From: Heliobacterium mobile
Lineage (GTDB): Bacteria; Bacillota; Desulfitobacteriia; Heliobacteriales; Heliobacteriaceae
Reading direction: 5' to 3'
NCBI RefSeq assembly: GCF_009720735.1
Contig: NZ_WNKU01000006.1
Coordinates: 123,809-155,808 of the forward strand
Length of the DNA: 32,000 nt
Under the pieces are notes generated by a model. That model saw nothing but the letters and a program-made list of their open reading frames with translations, had not been told where the DNA came from and searched no databases. Numbering within the stretch: position 1 is the stretch's first letter; every line of letters starts with the position of its first letter. Both the position numbers and the translations under genes were made by a program. Below are positions 1 through 8,768 of this stretch, piece after piece.

Positions 1-44
1 CTGTTCCCTTGTTTTCTGCGTGGAACAATTAGTGAATCATTCAT

Positions 45-80
45 GAAAAAACGCCCCCCAAAGAGGGGACGTTTTTTTAC
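45..80. terminator. intrinsic-terminator-like hairpin at the window edge
   Basis: An A6 run, a CCCC/GGGG-cored stem (acgcccc...ggggacgt) and a T7 run. The symmetric A/T flanks make it potentially bidirectional. The gene it serves lies outside the window. Confidence 0.5.
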
Positions 81-154
81 ATTTTTCATACTTGCTGAAA
101 CCGAGATTATTGCCTACACTGAGATAATAGCTAAGAAATTGGGAGGTTGAAGCG

Positions 155-901
155 ATGACTCGGATTGCCGTTGAATTGGTTCCTCGTTCGGAAGAGGATC
201 TGATTTCCGAACTGGAATTGATAAAAAAAGAGTTTCCCGAAGTGAACGGGATTAACGTTCCCGATCTGTTACGTTTCGACCTCCGAAGTTGGGATGCCTG
301 CACCGTAGTCAAACGCTACTACCCGACGGCCATTCCCCATCTCCGGGCCATCGACATAAGCGTCCAGGACCCCCTGCCCATGATGGAAACGCTGCTGAAG
401 AACGAGATAACAGAAGTGCTGGTCTTGACGGGCGATCCTCCCCAGAGCATGACCCGAAAGGTATACCCGACGACCAGCATCGACATGATCCGAAAATTCA
501 AGAAAGAACTCCCTCATATTAAAGTATATGCTGCCATCGACCCCTACCGGGACAGCCTGCGCAAGGAATACGACTATATCCGCCGCAAGATCGATGCCGG
601 CGCAGACGGCTTTTTTACACAACCCTTTTTCGATCTCCGTTACATGGAAATCTTCGCAGAGCTGTTTGGTGGACTGGAAGTATTCTGGGGGGTCTCGCCG
701 GTCACTTCCGAAAAATCAGTCTCGTATTGGGAGACGAAAAATCACGTCGTCTTCCCAGCCGATTTTCAACCAACTCTAGCTTGGAACAGTGACTTCGCTC
801 GAAAAGCTCTGGCTTTTGCCCGTGAAACGAAGGGACACATCTACTTCATGCCCATCCGAACAGACCTGAAGGACTACTTGTCGCAGGTATTTGCGTCGTA
901 A
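155..901 (+). CDS. methylenetetrahydrofolate reductase (MetF/MTHFR) family protein
   Basis: 248-aa ORF with GGGAGG (141-146) 8 nt upstream of ATG 155. Motifs VELVPRS, LVLTGDPP and DAGADGFFTQPFFD resemble the MetF TIM-barrel family. This is recognised from memory and was not searched. Confidence 0.65.
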   Translation: MTRIAVELVPRSEEDLISELELIKKEFPEVNGINVPDLLRFDLRSWDACTVVKRYYPTAIPHLRAIDISVQDPLPMMETLLKNEITEVLVLTGDPPQSMTRKVYPTTSIDMIRKFKKELPHIKVYAAIDPYRDSLRKEYDYIRRKIDAGADGFFTQPFFDLRYMEIFAELFGGLEVFWGVSPVTSEKSVSYWETKNHVVFPADFQPTLAWNSDFARKALAFARETKGHIYFMPIRTDLKDYLSQVFAS

Positions 902-949
902 TGGCGAGATGCGCTCGCCCGCCTATTCGAAGGAAAGGGGACTGCATCG

Positions 950-1627
950 GTGGAACTACCGGATGAAAGCATACCGGGTTTGATTAAAGTACTCAGTCGC
1001 ATCCTCCCCTGGGAGGTTTCTATCGCCATTGCGGACAAGTCCCAATTTGTCTATTACCAGCCTAGCTCGACCTTGGATCTGAAAATCAAGCCCGGCGATC
1101 CGGTGAAAGAAGGCAGCGTGTCCATGCAAGCGCTCCACGCCGGCGGCCCCATTTCCATGTATATGGAGGAAGATCTCTACGGCGTTCCCTACTTTGCTAT
1201 CAGCACTCCTTTGACCGAAATGGGCATGGAGGACCGCTGTCTGACGGCGATCATTCCACCCTTTTTGGCGAACGAAATCTCCCGGCTTCCCCGGCATAAG
1301 TTCCTCATTGGGAAAGGGGACGAACGGTGGATTCCCATCCCTTTGGAACAGATTATGTACATCGACTCAGAGCATGGAAAAACACGCATCTTTACCGATG
1401 ATGATCAGTACACAAACAAGCACACCCTTTTCGAACTGGAGTGGATGCTTCCTCGGAACCAGTTCGTCCGTTGTCACCGAGCCTATATTATCAATATTGA
1501 TAAGGTAGCTGAAATCCTGCCGGATTTTCATTCCACCTTCCTTCTGGTGATGAAATCAAAACGAAAAATCCAAATCCCTGTCAGCCAGCGTTACGCAAGT
1601 CACTTTCGTCGTTTAATGGGTTTTTGA
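950..1627 (+). CDS. LytTR-domain DNA-binding regulator with unassigned N-terminal domain
   Basis: 225 aa with a GTG start 8 nt after AAGGAAAGGGGA. The C-terminal ~100 aa (IPLEQIMYIDSEHGKTRIFT...FVRCHRAYIINIDKV...IPVSQRY) matches the LytTR pattern. I saw no receiver-domain signature in the first ~120 aa. Confidence 0.75.
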   Translation: MELPDESIPGLIKVLSRILPWEVSIAIADKSQFVYYQPSSTLDLKIKPGDPVKEGSVSMQALHAGGPISMYMEEDLYGVPYFAISTPLTEMGMEDRCLTAIIPPFLANEISRLPRHKFLIGKGDERWIPIPLEQIMYIDSEHGKTRIFTDDDQYTNKHTLFELEWMLPRNQFVRCHRAYIINIDKVAEILPDFHSTFLLVMKSKRKIQIPVSQRYASHFRRLMGF

Positions 1628-1699
1628 TATTTTTTCTCGTTTAACATTGTTTTCTCTCGCTTATTAGAAAATGGCTGAAAAGCGCAAACTTTGTGTGAT

Positions 1700-1740
1700 A
1701 TCCTCCTGAGTGTTAATTTTAACATCAGGAGGATTTTTGA
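1700..1740 (+). promoter_or_regulatory. hairpin sequestering the ribosome-binding site of the CoA-transferase gene, followed by a T5 run
   Basis: atcctcctga (1700-1709) is the perfect complement of tcaggaggat (1725-1734). The 3' arm contains the AGGAGGA Shine-Dalgarno for ATG 1741 and is followed by ttttt. Confidence 0.5.
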
Positions 1741-3240
1741 ATGCTTTCCCAACGTTTGCGCAATGTAGCTTTACAGGAACGCGTCGTTACTGCCGAGGAA
1801 GCCTGTTCCTGGATTCATGACAGCATGACCCTTGGTCTCTCTGGTTTCACGTCGGCCGGGGATGTGAAGGTAATTCCCAAGGTACTGGTAGAGCGAGTAA
1901 AACGCGAGGGAAAGCCCTTCAAAGTCAACGTCTATACAGGTGCATCCATCAACTCTGAGATCGACGGCCTCTTGGCCGAAGCCAACATCGTGAACATGCG
2001 CCTCCCCTACCAGTCAGAAAAGCGGATGCGCGGACGCATCAATGAAGGCAATGTCAATTATATGGACCAACACTTGTCCCACACAGCTGAACTGCTCCGT
2101 TCGGGCGCCATCCCGCCGGTGGATATCGCCATCGTGGAAGCAATTTCCATCACCGAAGAAGGGCACATCGTCCCGAGTACCTCTGTGGGCAATTCCCACA
2201 TCTTCCTTTCTCAAGCGAAAGAGATCATCGTCGAACTGAACGTCGCCCAACCATTGGCGCTGGAAGGGGTTCACGACATCTACGATCCCGGCCACCAAGG
2301 CAGCCGTCAACCGATCCCCCTTACCCAAGTGGGCCAGCGCGTCGGCACGACAGCCATCGCCGTCGATCCCGCTAAAATCCGCGGCATCGTTGTGACCGAT
2401 CAACCAGACGTGAACTCTGCTATCGTTCCGCCTGATGAAGAGACGGAGATCATGGCCCAACACCTGCTCAACTTCCTAAAAGACGAAGTGGCCGCCGGAC
2501 GCCTCGGTCCTAACTTGGCTCCTCTGCAATCGGGTGTCGGTTCCGTAGCCAATGCCGTTTTCCACGGCTTCCTTTCGTCTGACTTCAAAGACTTAGAAGT
2601 ATATTCGGAAGTGCTGCAAGATTCCGTCTTCGAGCTGCTCGATGCTGACAAGATCAAAGTCGCTTCCGGCTGTTCCTTTACCTTATCTCCGAAAAAAAAT
2701 GAAGAGGTCATGTCCAACCTCAATAAGTACAAGGACAAGCTCGTCCTGCGCCCGCAGGAACTGTCCAATAACCCTGGTCTCATCCGCCGACTAGGCCTCA
2801 TCGCGATCAATACGGCCCTGGAAGTGGACATCTACGGCAACGTCAACTCGACCCATGTCATGGGCACACAGATGATGAACGGAATCGGCGGTTCCGGCGA
2901 CTTCGCCCGGAACGCTCGCCTCACCTTCTTCTGCACCAAGTCTTACGCCAAAAACGGAAAGATCTCGAGCATCGTCCCCATGGTCTCCCACGTGGATCAC
3001 ACAGAACACGACGTGGATATCATCGTGACTGAACAAGGCCTCGCTGATCTGCGCGGCCTCAGTCCCCGGGAACGGGCTAAGCGGATCATCGAAAACTGCG
3101 CCCATCCCTCCTACCGTCCGCAGCTTCTTGAGTACTTCGAAGAAGCCCTCCAACGGGGCGGCCACACACCGCACGTCATCGAAAAAGCCCTTTCCTGGCA
3201 TGGCAAGTATGTCAACGAAGGAACCATGTTGGCTGGTTAA
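1741..3240 (+). CDS. acetyl-CoA hydrolase/transferase family CoA-transferase (succinyl-CoA:acetate / ScpC / Cat1-like)
   Basis: 499 aa with a strong RBS. The size, the SEVLQDS segment and the C-terminal NGIGGSGDFARNA (GxGGxxDF-like) motif are typical of this family. Confidence 0.85.
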   Translation: MLSQRLRNVALQERVVTAEEACSWIHDSMTLGLSGFTSAGDVKVIPKVLVERVKREGKPFKVNVYTGASINSEIDGLLAEANIVNMRLPYQSEKRMRGRINEGNVNYMDQHLSHTAELLRSGAIPPVDIAIVEAISITEEGHIVPSTSVGNSHIFLSQAKEIIVELNVAQPLALEGVHDIYDPGHQGSRQPIPLTQVGQRVGTTAIAVDPAKIRGIVVTDQPDVNSAIVPPDEETEIMAQHLLNFLKDEVAAGRLGPNLAPLQSGVGSVANAVFHGFLSSDFKDLEVYSEVLQDSVFELLDADKIKVASGCSFTLSPKKNEEVMSNLNKYKDKLVLRPQELSNNPGLIRRLGLIAINTALEVDIYGNVNSTHVMGTQMMNGIGGSGDFARNARLTFFCTKSYAKNGKISSIVPMVSHVDHTEHDVDIIVTEQGLADLRGLSPRERAKRIIENCAHPSYRPQLLEYFEEALQRGGHTPHVIEKALSWHGKYVNEGTMLAG

Positions 3241-3311
3241 CCGGTCCCGAGTAAACCCTCTGGCAGCATCTGTAGATCTCCATAGCCTTTTGAATAGACC
3301 CTGCCCGTAAC

Positions 3312-3362
3312 GAAAAAAAGGCCCCCACTATTGACTTTGGTCAACGTGGGGGCCTTTTCTTT
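3312..3362. terminator. bidirectional intrinsic terminator between convergent genes
   Basis: aaaaaaa-ggcccccac (3320-3328) pairs with gtgggggcc (3346-3354). An inner ttgac/gtcaa pairing extends the stem, and ttttctttt follows. Confidence 0.85.
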
Positions 3363-3568
3363 TAGAAAAGTGCTTTGATTATCAACAAAACAAGAATGAT
3401 ACCTCCAAAGAGAACACTCGCCGATATCAATCCGTCATTTTCCCAGGCCCGCTGCTGCTTTTCCGCCTTTCGAAGGACCGATCCCAGTATCATTTGGGCC
3501 TTTTTGGCTTCCTCGTCCCAATTAGGAGGTTTCGGCTCCTTTACTCGATATTTCTCGAGAAAAGACAT
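3362..3568 (-). CDS. small tail-anchored membrane protein, hypothetical
   Basis: 68 aa with AAGGTGA upstream of the ATG. It has a charged N-terminal half and a single C-terminal hydrophobic helix (ISASVLFGGIILVLLIIKALF). Confidence 0.5.
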   Translation of the reverse strand: MSFLEKYRVKEPKPPNWDEEAKKAQMILGSVLRKAEKQQRAWENDGLISASVLFGGIILVLLIIKALF

Positions 3569-3730
3569 TTTTCATCACCTTAAAGGCAATCTACTGCCAA
3601 TCGTAGGATTAAGACAAAATCTATACTGCGGGTGAAGGGATAGATTCACATTCAACCTTGTCAGAAATAACCGAAAGGCGAAGAGATCCTGTGGACCTCA
3701 TCGCCTTTCATGCAAAAAAATATAATATGA

Positions 3731-4489
3731 CTACTCCTGAGTCGGGCCGTTTTCCTCTTGCTTGGCTTCTTCTTCAGATACGGCTGCTTCCTTAGAAGCG
3801 GTCGAACCTGTTGTGGAGACAATCAGACGGATCAAGCCAACGGCTATCACCAGCGCGGCCGCAGAGACCAAGGACATGTCAATCGGATTATACTGGTCAG
3901 TGGAGAAGTTGATCTCGTTGGGTTGACCAGGCTTGAGTTCCCAGATCAACACCTTGCCTCCCTTGTCCACAGCTGTAGCATTATGCTTTACGGCAGCGTT
4001 CGGGAGTTCCACAGTCAGAGTTAGCTTCGCTTGCTTCAGCGCCGATTCGAAAGACGGGGCCAGCCGTTCGTTGGCGGTGACGCTCATATCAGACAAATCG
4101 ATGACAGAATTCAGGCTGTATGTATCCTTCAAGAAAGATTTTTGTTTGACGAATCCTTCACCGAATTTGCCGAGTAAGATGTCGTCAGAAGCTTCTGCGG
4201 CCACATTTGCCACATGCTTGGCCGCATTTAATCCGACGAGACCGTCTTTCTCAACAGCTTCGACAGTGTACCCGGCTTTCTCCGCGTTCTGCTTGAGCTC
4301 ATCCATGGGGTTACCATTTTCCCCTGTGCCCAATAATGCCTGATTTACCAATACGGTATAGCGGATATCACCGCTACCGTCGGAATTGATCTTTACATTA
4401 ACATCTGATTGGACGCATCCAACCAGGAAAATGGCACAAAGGCCGAGCAGCAGGAACACTTGAAAGACTCTCTTCATCGTTCCTCGCAC
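3731..4489 (-). CDS. lipoprotein with C-terminal TM anchor and acidic tail, hypothetical
   Basis: The signal peptide has a lipobox (FLLLGLCAIFLVGC). There is a C-terminal TM (LVSAAALVIAVGLIRLIV) and an E/K-rich tail. AGGAGG lies 8 nt upstream of GTG 4489. The alternative start is ATG 4477, and the track start at 4498 overlaps the RBS. Confidence 0.75.
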   Translation of the reverse strand: MRGTMKRVFQVFLLLGLCAIFLVGCVQSDVNVKINSDGSGDIRYTVLVNQALLGTGENGNPMDELKQNAEKAGYTVEAVEKDGLVGLNAAKHVANVAAEASDDILLGKFGEGFVKQKSFLKDTYSLNSVIDLSDMSVTANERLAPSFESALKQAKLTLTVELPNAAVKHNATAVDKGGKVLIWELKPGQPNEINFSTDQYNPIDMSLVSAAALVIAVGLIRLIVSTTGSTASKEAAVSEEEAKQEENGPTQE

Positions 4490-4888
4490 ATATATCACCT
4501 CCTTTTATCCCCTGTCATAATGTTATTCTGGAACACCATGAAAAAATGCGATGCAAATATATAAAAATTTCCACAAATAATGAATGCCTCACCCTTTATT
4601 CGGGACGCTTGTCGGCATTCTTATATAAGCTGAGTTTCTTTGACGAATCACACAAAGAAAAGGTAGATCTCTAAATCTATTTTTCTATAGGAAATCCATC
4701 TTTCTAAAGGCCCTCTCCCGAACGCGCAATCGTGGCTACGGGTTCTCCTGTAAATAATCTATGCAATAATGGTACATTCTTGCCTATCCTTGTTACCCTT
4801 CTTTGTACTTAAATGCACAATCGATATACTTATCCTATTGATACCATACTGCAAACTAACCCGATCACATGCAAGGGAGGCCCTACTC

Positions 4889-6259
4889 ATGGCCGATGTC
4901 CAAGCATCCCTTCGAATGCCTGCCAGCGCGTCCGATTTGTTTAACTATATCAGCCGTTATATCGGATGTAACCACCAAATCCACTGTATCTTAAAGGTCA
5001 ACGGCCTTGTCGATGTCACCCTGCTGCGAAAAAGTTTGACTTTGGCGATTGAAGCCGAACCTGTCTTGAGATGCCGTTTTGTTGAACAAGATCCCTTTTC
5101 TTTTTGGGAACAATACGACGATATAGACTCCATAGAACTCTGCTCACTCGTCGAGACCGACCAGACAGAAGCCGAACTGCATCGCTTTGTAAATGCACCA
5201 GTAGATTCCTATCGGGATCCACAAATACAGATCCGCATCCTGCGTTCCGGTCCTTCGGACCTCCTCTGTTTTAAGATCGACCACGCTTGTAGTGATGCAG
5301 GAGGTCTTAAAGCTTGCGTCTCTCTTATCGCTTCCATGTACAACCGCCTATGCATAGATCCTGCTTACAAGCTCGAACATAAAAAAGTGGGGAATCGCGA
5401 TCAGAGTCAGCTCTTTCCCCATCTGAATATTTCCGACGTAAAAGAAGCTTGGGAGCGTCAACCTAACCGTTCACGGTCGACCATCCTATCGTTTCCATTT
5501 CGTTCTGATGACAACGTCACTCCCGAGTTTGTCACTACCCCTTTCGACCCTATACATTTTCACAAACTACGCCGCTATGCTCATCAAAAAGGTGTTACCC
5601 TCAACGATATTCTTCTGACGGCACTATACCGAACCTTGTTTGCCACGACAGATCCTCCGGCGGGGAGGCTGATACCACTGCAAGTGACCGTTGACCTCCG
5701 CCAGTTTCTTCCTATAAAGCAAGCCGACGCGATTTGTAATCTCTCCGGTATCATCACCCCGATGATAGAGCGAGTCTCCGGAGAGTCCTTTTCAGATACC
5801 TTGATGAAAGTGTCGACGATGATGCAGGAACTGAAACGATTTGCACCGGGAATTCGAAGCGTCCTGCTGAGCGAAATCTATGGCAGACTCGGTTTTAGGG
5901 AATATTACGATTGGCTCATGTCCGGTTGGAATCGCTCCGTAGAGACGAAGTCGTACCCGCCGATTTTTTCGAATATCGGCAAGATCAGCGATGGGAAAAT
6001 TCACTTTGGTGCGTTGGAAGTGACCGACGGGTACATGATTGGGCCGGCATTGTGCACTCCCGGATCTTTGATCGCAGCCAGTACCTACCAAGACCGCTTA
6101 ACGCTGGCGATGGCTTTTTATGAGCCCGCCATTTCTAGAAATAGGGTCGCTCAATTTTTTGACTCTATGATTCGGGAAATCTACCTTGCCATTGGTGCCC
6201 AACCTGCACAAGTTCCCGTACGCAAAAGCGTTATCGCTTACAACTTATCGGCTTATTGA
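4889..6259 (+). CDS. condensation-domain-like (HxxxD) acyltransferase
   Basis: AAGGGAGG (4873-4880) precedes ATG 4889. The KIDHACSDAGG motif fits the HHxxxDG/HxxxD active site of NRPS C-domain, PapA and WS/DGAT-type acyltransferases, and the ~456-aa size is appropriate. Confidence 0.65.
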   Translation: MADVQASLRMPASASDLFNYISRYIGCNHQIHCILKVNGLVDVTLLRKSLTLAIEAEPVLRCRFVEQDPFSFWEQYDDIDSIELCSLVETDQTEAELHRFVNAPVDSYRDPQIQIRILRSGPSDLLCFKIDHACSDAGGLKACVSLIASMYNRLCIDPAYKLEHKKVGNRDQSQLFPHLNISDVKEAWERQPNRSRSTILSFPFRSDDNVTPEFVTTPFDPIHFHKLRRYAHQKGVTLNDILLTALYRTLFATTDPPAGRLIPLQVTVDLRQFLPIKQADAICNLSGIITPMIERVSGESFSDTLMKVSTMMQELKRFAPGIRSVLLSEIYGRLGFREYYDWLMSGWNRSVETKSYPPIFSNIGKISDGKIHFGALEVTDGYMIGPALCTPGSLIAASTYQDRLTLAMAFYEPAISRNRVAQFFDSMIREIYLAIGAQPAQVPVRKSVIAYNLSAY

Positions 6260-6270
6260 TACTTGCAAAG

Positions 6271-6300
6271 AAACCATGGCCACATGCGGGCCATGGTTTT
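6271..6300 (+). terminator. intrinsic terminator of the acyltransferase gene
   Basis: aaccatggcc / ggccatggtt forms a 10-bp stem with a 7-nt loop, followed by tttt. Confidence 0.8.
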
Positions 6301-6323
6301 ATGTTACTTAGATTTAAAATAGT

Positions 6324-6360
6324 AAAACCCCCACTGCCCGCTCTGGGTAATAGGGGTTTC
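6324..6360 (-). terminator. possible terminator of the 6419-6691 gene
   Basis: aaacccc / ggggttt forms a stem with a large loop. On the minus strand it is followed by T-rich actattttaaatc. Confidence 0.4.
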
Positions 6361-6418
6361 GTTGAACCATTTTTATAACAGGACGGTCTAAACGACTATG
6401 TGGGTTTACAGGAACATA

Positions 6419-6691
6419 CTAGACCTCACCAGACATGCACGAAAATCGTATATTCTTGGGCATCCAAACTTCATACTTATTTTTCGCCTTGCATCTAGGG
6501 CAGACACAGATCATCTCGGCTAAGGCATGGGTTTCATCAGTGACATAGTGGGTGCTGCCAATGTAGATGAGATCGATAGGCTCCGTATTCGGCATCGTAT
6601 CGTTATAACTCTTCCCATTTACGAGTAACTCGAAACGACCACGACAAGCCCGACAAGTCAGAATCACCGGTTTTTGGCTGCTAATAATCAC
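6419..6691 (-). CDS. small zinc-ribbon protein, hypothetical
   Basis: Two CxxC pairs (CRACRG ... CPRCKAK). AAGAGGAGGA abuts the track GTG at 6700, so the second in-frame GTG at 6691, 9 nt downstream of the RBS, is the more plausible start. Confidence 0.6.
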   Translation of the reverse strand: MIISSQKPVILTCRACRGRFELLVNGKSYNDTMPNTEPIDLIYIGSTHYVTDETHALAEMICVCPRCKAKNKYEVWMPKNIRFSCMSGEV

Positions 6692-6899
6692 AAGAACCAC
6701 TCCTCCTCTTTAGCTACCTATGTACTACGTGTAATGACAATGACGCTTTTTAAAGCGAAAAGCGACCATCTCGTAGTCATCGACTAACAAAATGGCCGCT
6801 CTGCCATGCTATCCCTCTAATCACAATACCTTGTACTACTTCTCTTTATAAAATGATCATACACTGATTTTATAATCAATGTCAATCAGTTGAGCAATT

Positions 6900-7088
6900 T
6901 TACTTTCGCTTTCGGGAAAAGTGAGTCTCTGCCCAACCAAATTCCATTGCGGCACATTCTTCATCACAGTTGCCATAGAATATTTTTTTCGTCTCCCGCT
7001 TTTCGCTCCGCTCAAGGTCCGCATGCAATGCAGCTAGCGATTTTGCCAACTTATTTACGGCTTCATTCAGGCTGGACAAAATCCTCAC
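6900..7088 (-). CDS. possible small helical protein, hypothetical
   Basis: 62-aa ORF with a helical, charged N-terminal half (LNEAVNKLAKSLAALHADLERSEKRE). It has a GTG start with poor RBS spacing and lies in an A+T-rich spacer. Confidence 0.25.
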   Translation of the reverse strand: MRILSSLNEAVNKLAKSLAALHADLERSEKRETKKIFYGNCDEECAAMEFGWAETHFSRKRK

Positions 7089-7328
7089 CCCTTTCTTTCA
7101 ATGTGCAAAGTATAATCATTTATATGACAAAACATCAAGTCCCAACTTGCTATTCCCTTGTATAACAGCACTACTAACCTTGCACATGCTGGCTGGTTAG
7201 CTTTTGACATCCAATAGTATGCATATAGAGAAATATATCGTAAAAGTATGTCGAAAAAACAGGAAATTTTTGAGTTAGATCGAACATTCGAAATATAGGA
7301 AAAGACTTTGCAAAGGAGGACACCCCCT

Positions 7329-8480
7329 TTGAAAAAAGAGCATTTATATTTCCAGGACAAAGAATGCGGACATCCAAATCATCTCCGTCGCACCAGAGGT
7401 TTAGTGATCACCTACCAGTGCAACCTCGACTGTCTCTATTGTTATGTGTCGAACAAGTCTGATAAACAAATGCCTTTAGACGTAGCCAAACAAGCGATTG
7501 CAGACAGCTTTGTAGACAGATCGGGGAATTCCTTTCAAGAAGTGGAGATTGACTTTTTAGGCGCTGAACCCTTATGTGCTTTTGATAAGATAAAAGAGAT
7601 CGCCCACTGGATGTGGAACCAGCCATGGCCGAAACCCTATATCCTCTTTGCCACAACCAATGGAACCCTGCTCAATGAGGAAATGAAAGACTGGTTTCGT
7701 ACCCACCGAGAACGGTTTGTCCTCGGACTCAGCTACGATGGAGACGAAGAGACCCAAAACGTAAACCGCTCTGATTCATCCACACAAATCGATCTCGACT
7801 TTTTCCAAAAAAACTGGCCCCAACAACCGATTAAAATGACCATTTCCGAAAAAACCGTCCATCGGCTTGCCGATGGAATTATTTTTCTGCAAGAAAAAGG
7901 TTTTAATATTCACGCCAACCCAGCGAACGGCACAAATCCCTGGAGTGAGGCAAGTATCGCTGAATATAGCCGGCAGTTGGCCAAACTCATCGATTACTAC
8001 CTAGACCATCCCGAAGTACCTCCTGTTTCCTTGTTGGATGTGGACTTGAAAACACTCTTGACTTCCCGATCGAGTTTTGAGAACAAGTACTGCGGTGCCG
8101 GGGTCGCTTTTGACGTCGTCGATGTGGACGGCAAAGAATACCCCTGCCATCTCTTTTCACCGTTAGTCTTGTCGAAATCGAAAATCTATGCCTTGCGGTC
8201 ACTCAACTTCCATGCCAAAGAACCCTTCATCGATCCAAAATGCAAGAACTGTGTCTTAGAAAACATTTGCCCCACCTGTTATGGCATGAATTATCGTTCC
8301 ACATCCAATCCGGCACTGCGAGAAGTGACCTTATGCAAATTATATATGTTGCAAATCCTCGCCAATTGTAAGTTACAAGCAAAAATGTTGGCAAGAAAAC
8401 AAAGCTTGTCCGCGGAGGATAAAGAGATCGCTTACGTGATTCAAACCATCTATCAGTTACTGAACAAAAAAACAATGTAA
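7329..8480 (+). CDS. radical SAM / SPASM-domain peptide-modifying enzyme
   Basis: The CNLDCLYC cluster (CxxxCxxC, about 7419-7442) lies within ~30 residues of the start. The C-terminal region fits the SPASM pattern: CGAGVAFDVVDVDGKEYPC (C-x12-G-x4-C), then CKNCVLENICPTC, then a later Cys. AAAGGAGGA (7312-7320) precedes in-frame TTG 7329; the track start is TTG 7308. Confidence 0.85.
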   Translation: MKKEHLYFQDKECGHPNHLRRTRGLVITYQCNLDCLYCYVSNKSDKQMPLDVAKQAIADSFVDRSGNSFQEVEIDFLGAEPLCAFDKIKEIAHWMWNQPWPKPYILFATTNGTLLNEEMKDWFRTHRERFVLGLSYDGDEETQNVNRSDSSTQIDLDFFQKNWPQQPIKMTISEKTVHRLADGIIFLQEKGFNIHANPANGTNPWSEASIAEYSRQLAKLIDYYLDHPEVPPVSLLDVDLKTLLTSRSSFENKYCGAGVAFDVVDVDGKEYPCHLFSPLVLSKSKIYALRSLNFHAKEPFIDPKCKNCVLENICPTCYGMNYRSTSNPALREVTLCKLYMLQILANCKLQAKMLARKQSLSAEDKEIAYVIQTIYQLLNKKTM

Positions 8481-8495
8481 AAGAGGGGATCGTTG

Positions 8496-8750
8496 ATGAT
8501 AGAAAAGTCCGATATCCTTAAAGAATCTTTAGAGTTGGGCCATGAAGGAGCCGATGTGAAGCCCGATGCCCTTGAGCCCTTATCCCTGTCAAAAGAAGAG
8601 TTGGCCAACATCAAGGAGATCGCCGGAGAACATACCCCCCAAATCCATGAAACCCATTCGATCTCTTTTGGTTGCTCCTGTGGCGGAAGCTGTTACCTCG
8701 TCTGCCGCAACAGTTGTGCCTCAGCATGCTTATCCTCATACAGTCACTGA
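8496..8750 (+). CDS. Cys-rich candidate RiPP precursor peptide (SCIFF/ranthipeptide-like core)
   Basis: 84 aa, starting 16 nt after the maturase stop, with AAGAGGGGA as RBS. The leader is acidic and about 57 aa long. The C-terminal core is GCSCGGSCYLVCRNSCASACLSSYSH, with six Cys spaced C-x-C-x3-C-x3-C-x3-C-x3-C (8673-8729). Confidence 0.7.
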   Translation: MIEKSDILKESLELGHEGADVKPDALEPLSLSKEELANIKEIAGEHTPQIHETHSISFGCSCGGSCYLVCRNSCASACLSSYSH

Positions 8751-8768
8751 AGAAAGCGGGGAATCGAC

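Noticed and set aside
2014-2831. Antisense ORFs of 143-149 aa inside the CoA-transferase gene. Similar cases occur inside the NTPase gene (11151-12679) and the TIR genes.
   Set aside because: These are shadow ORFs opposite long, well-supported genes. They are rich in Arg, Ser and Gly and have no RBS.
3673-3720. gaaaggcga / tcgcctttc hairpin downstream of the lipoprotein gene as its terminator.
   Set aside because: In the minus-strand reading direction the T7 run precedes the stem rather than following it. What follows is only moderately U-rich (GGUUAUUUCU). It may be a weak terminator but is not canonical.
4769-4888. 40-codon N-terminal extension of the acyltransferase ORF.
   Set aside because: The extension is hydrophobic and low-complexity, lies in A+T-rich DNA, and has no RBS. 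AAGGGAGG sits directly upstream of the internal ATG 4889.
7204-7232. TTGACA hexamer as the -35 element of the rSAM operon promoter.
   Set aside because: No acceptable TATAAT-like -10 lies at 16-18 nt spacing; the TATAGA is only ~14 nt away. The promoter cannot be placed by eye.
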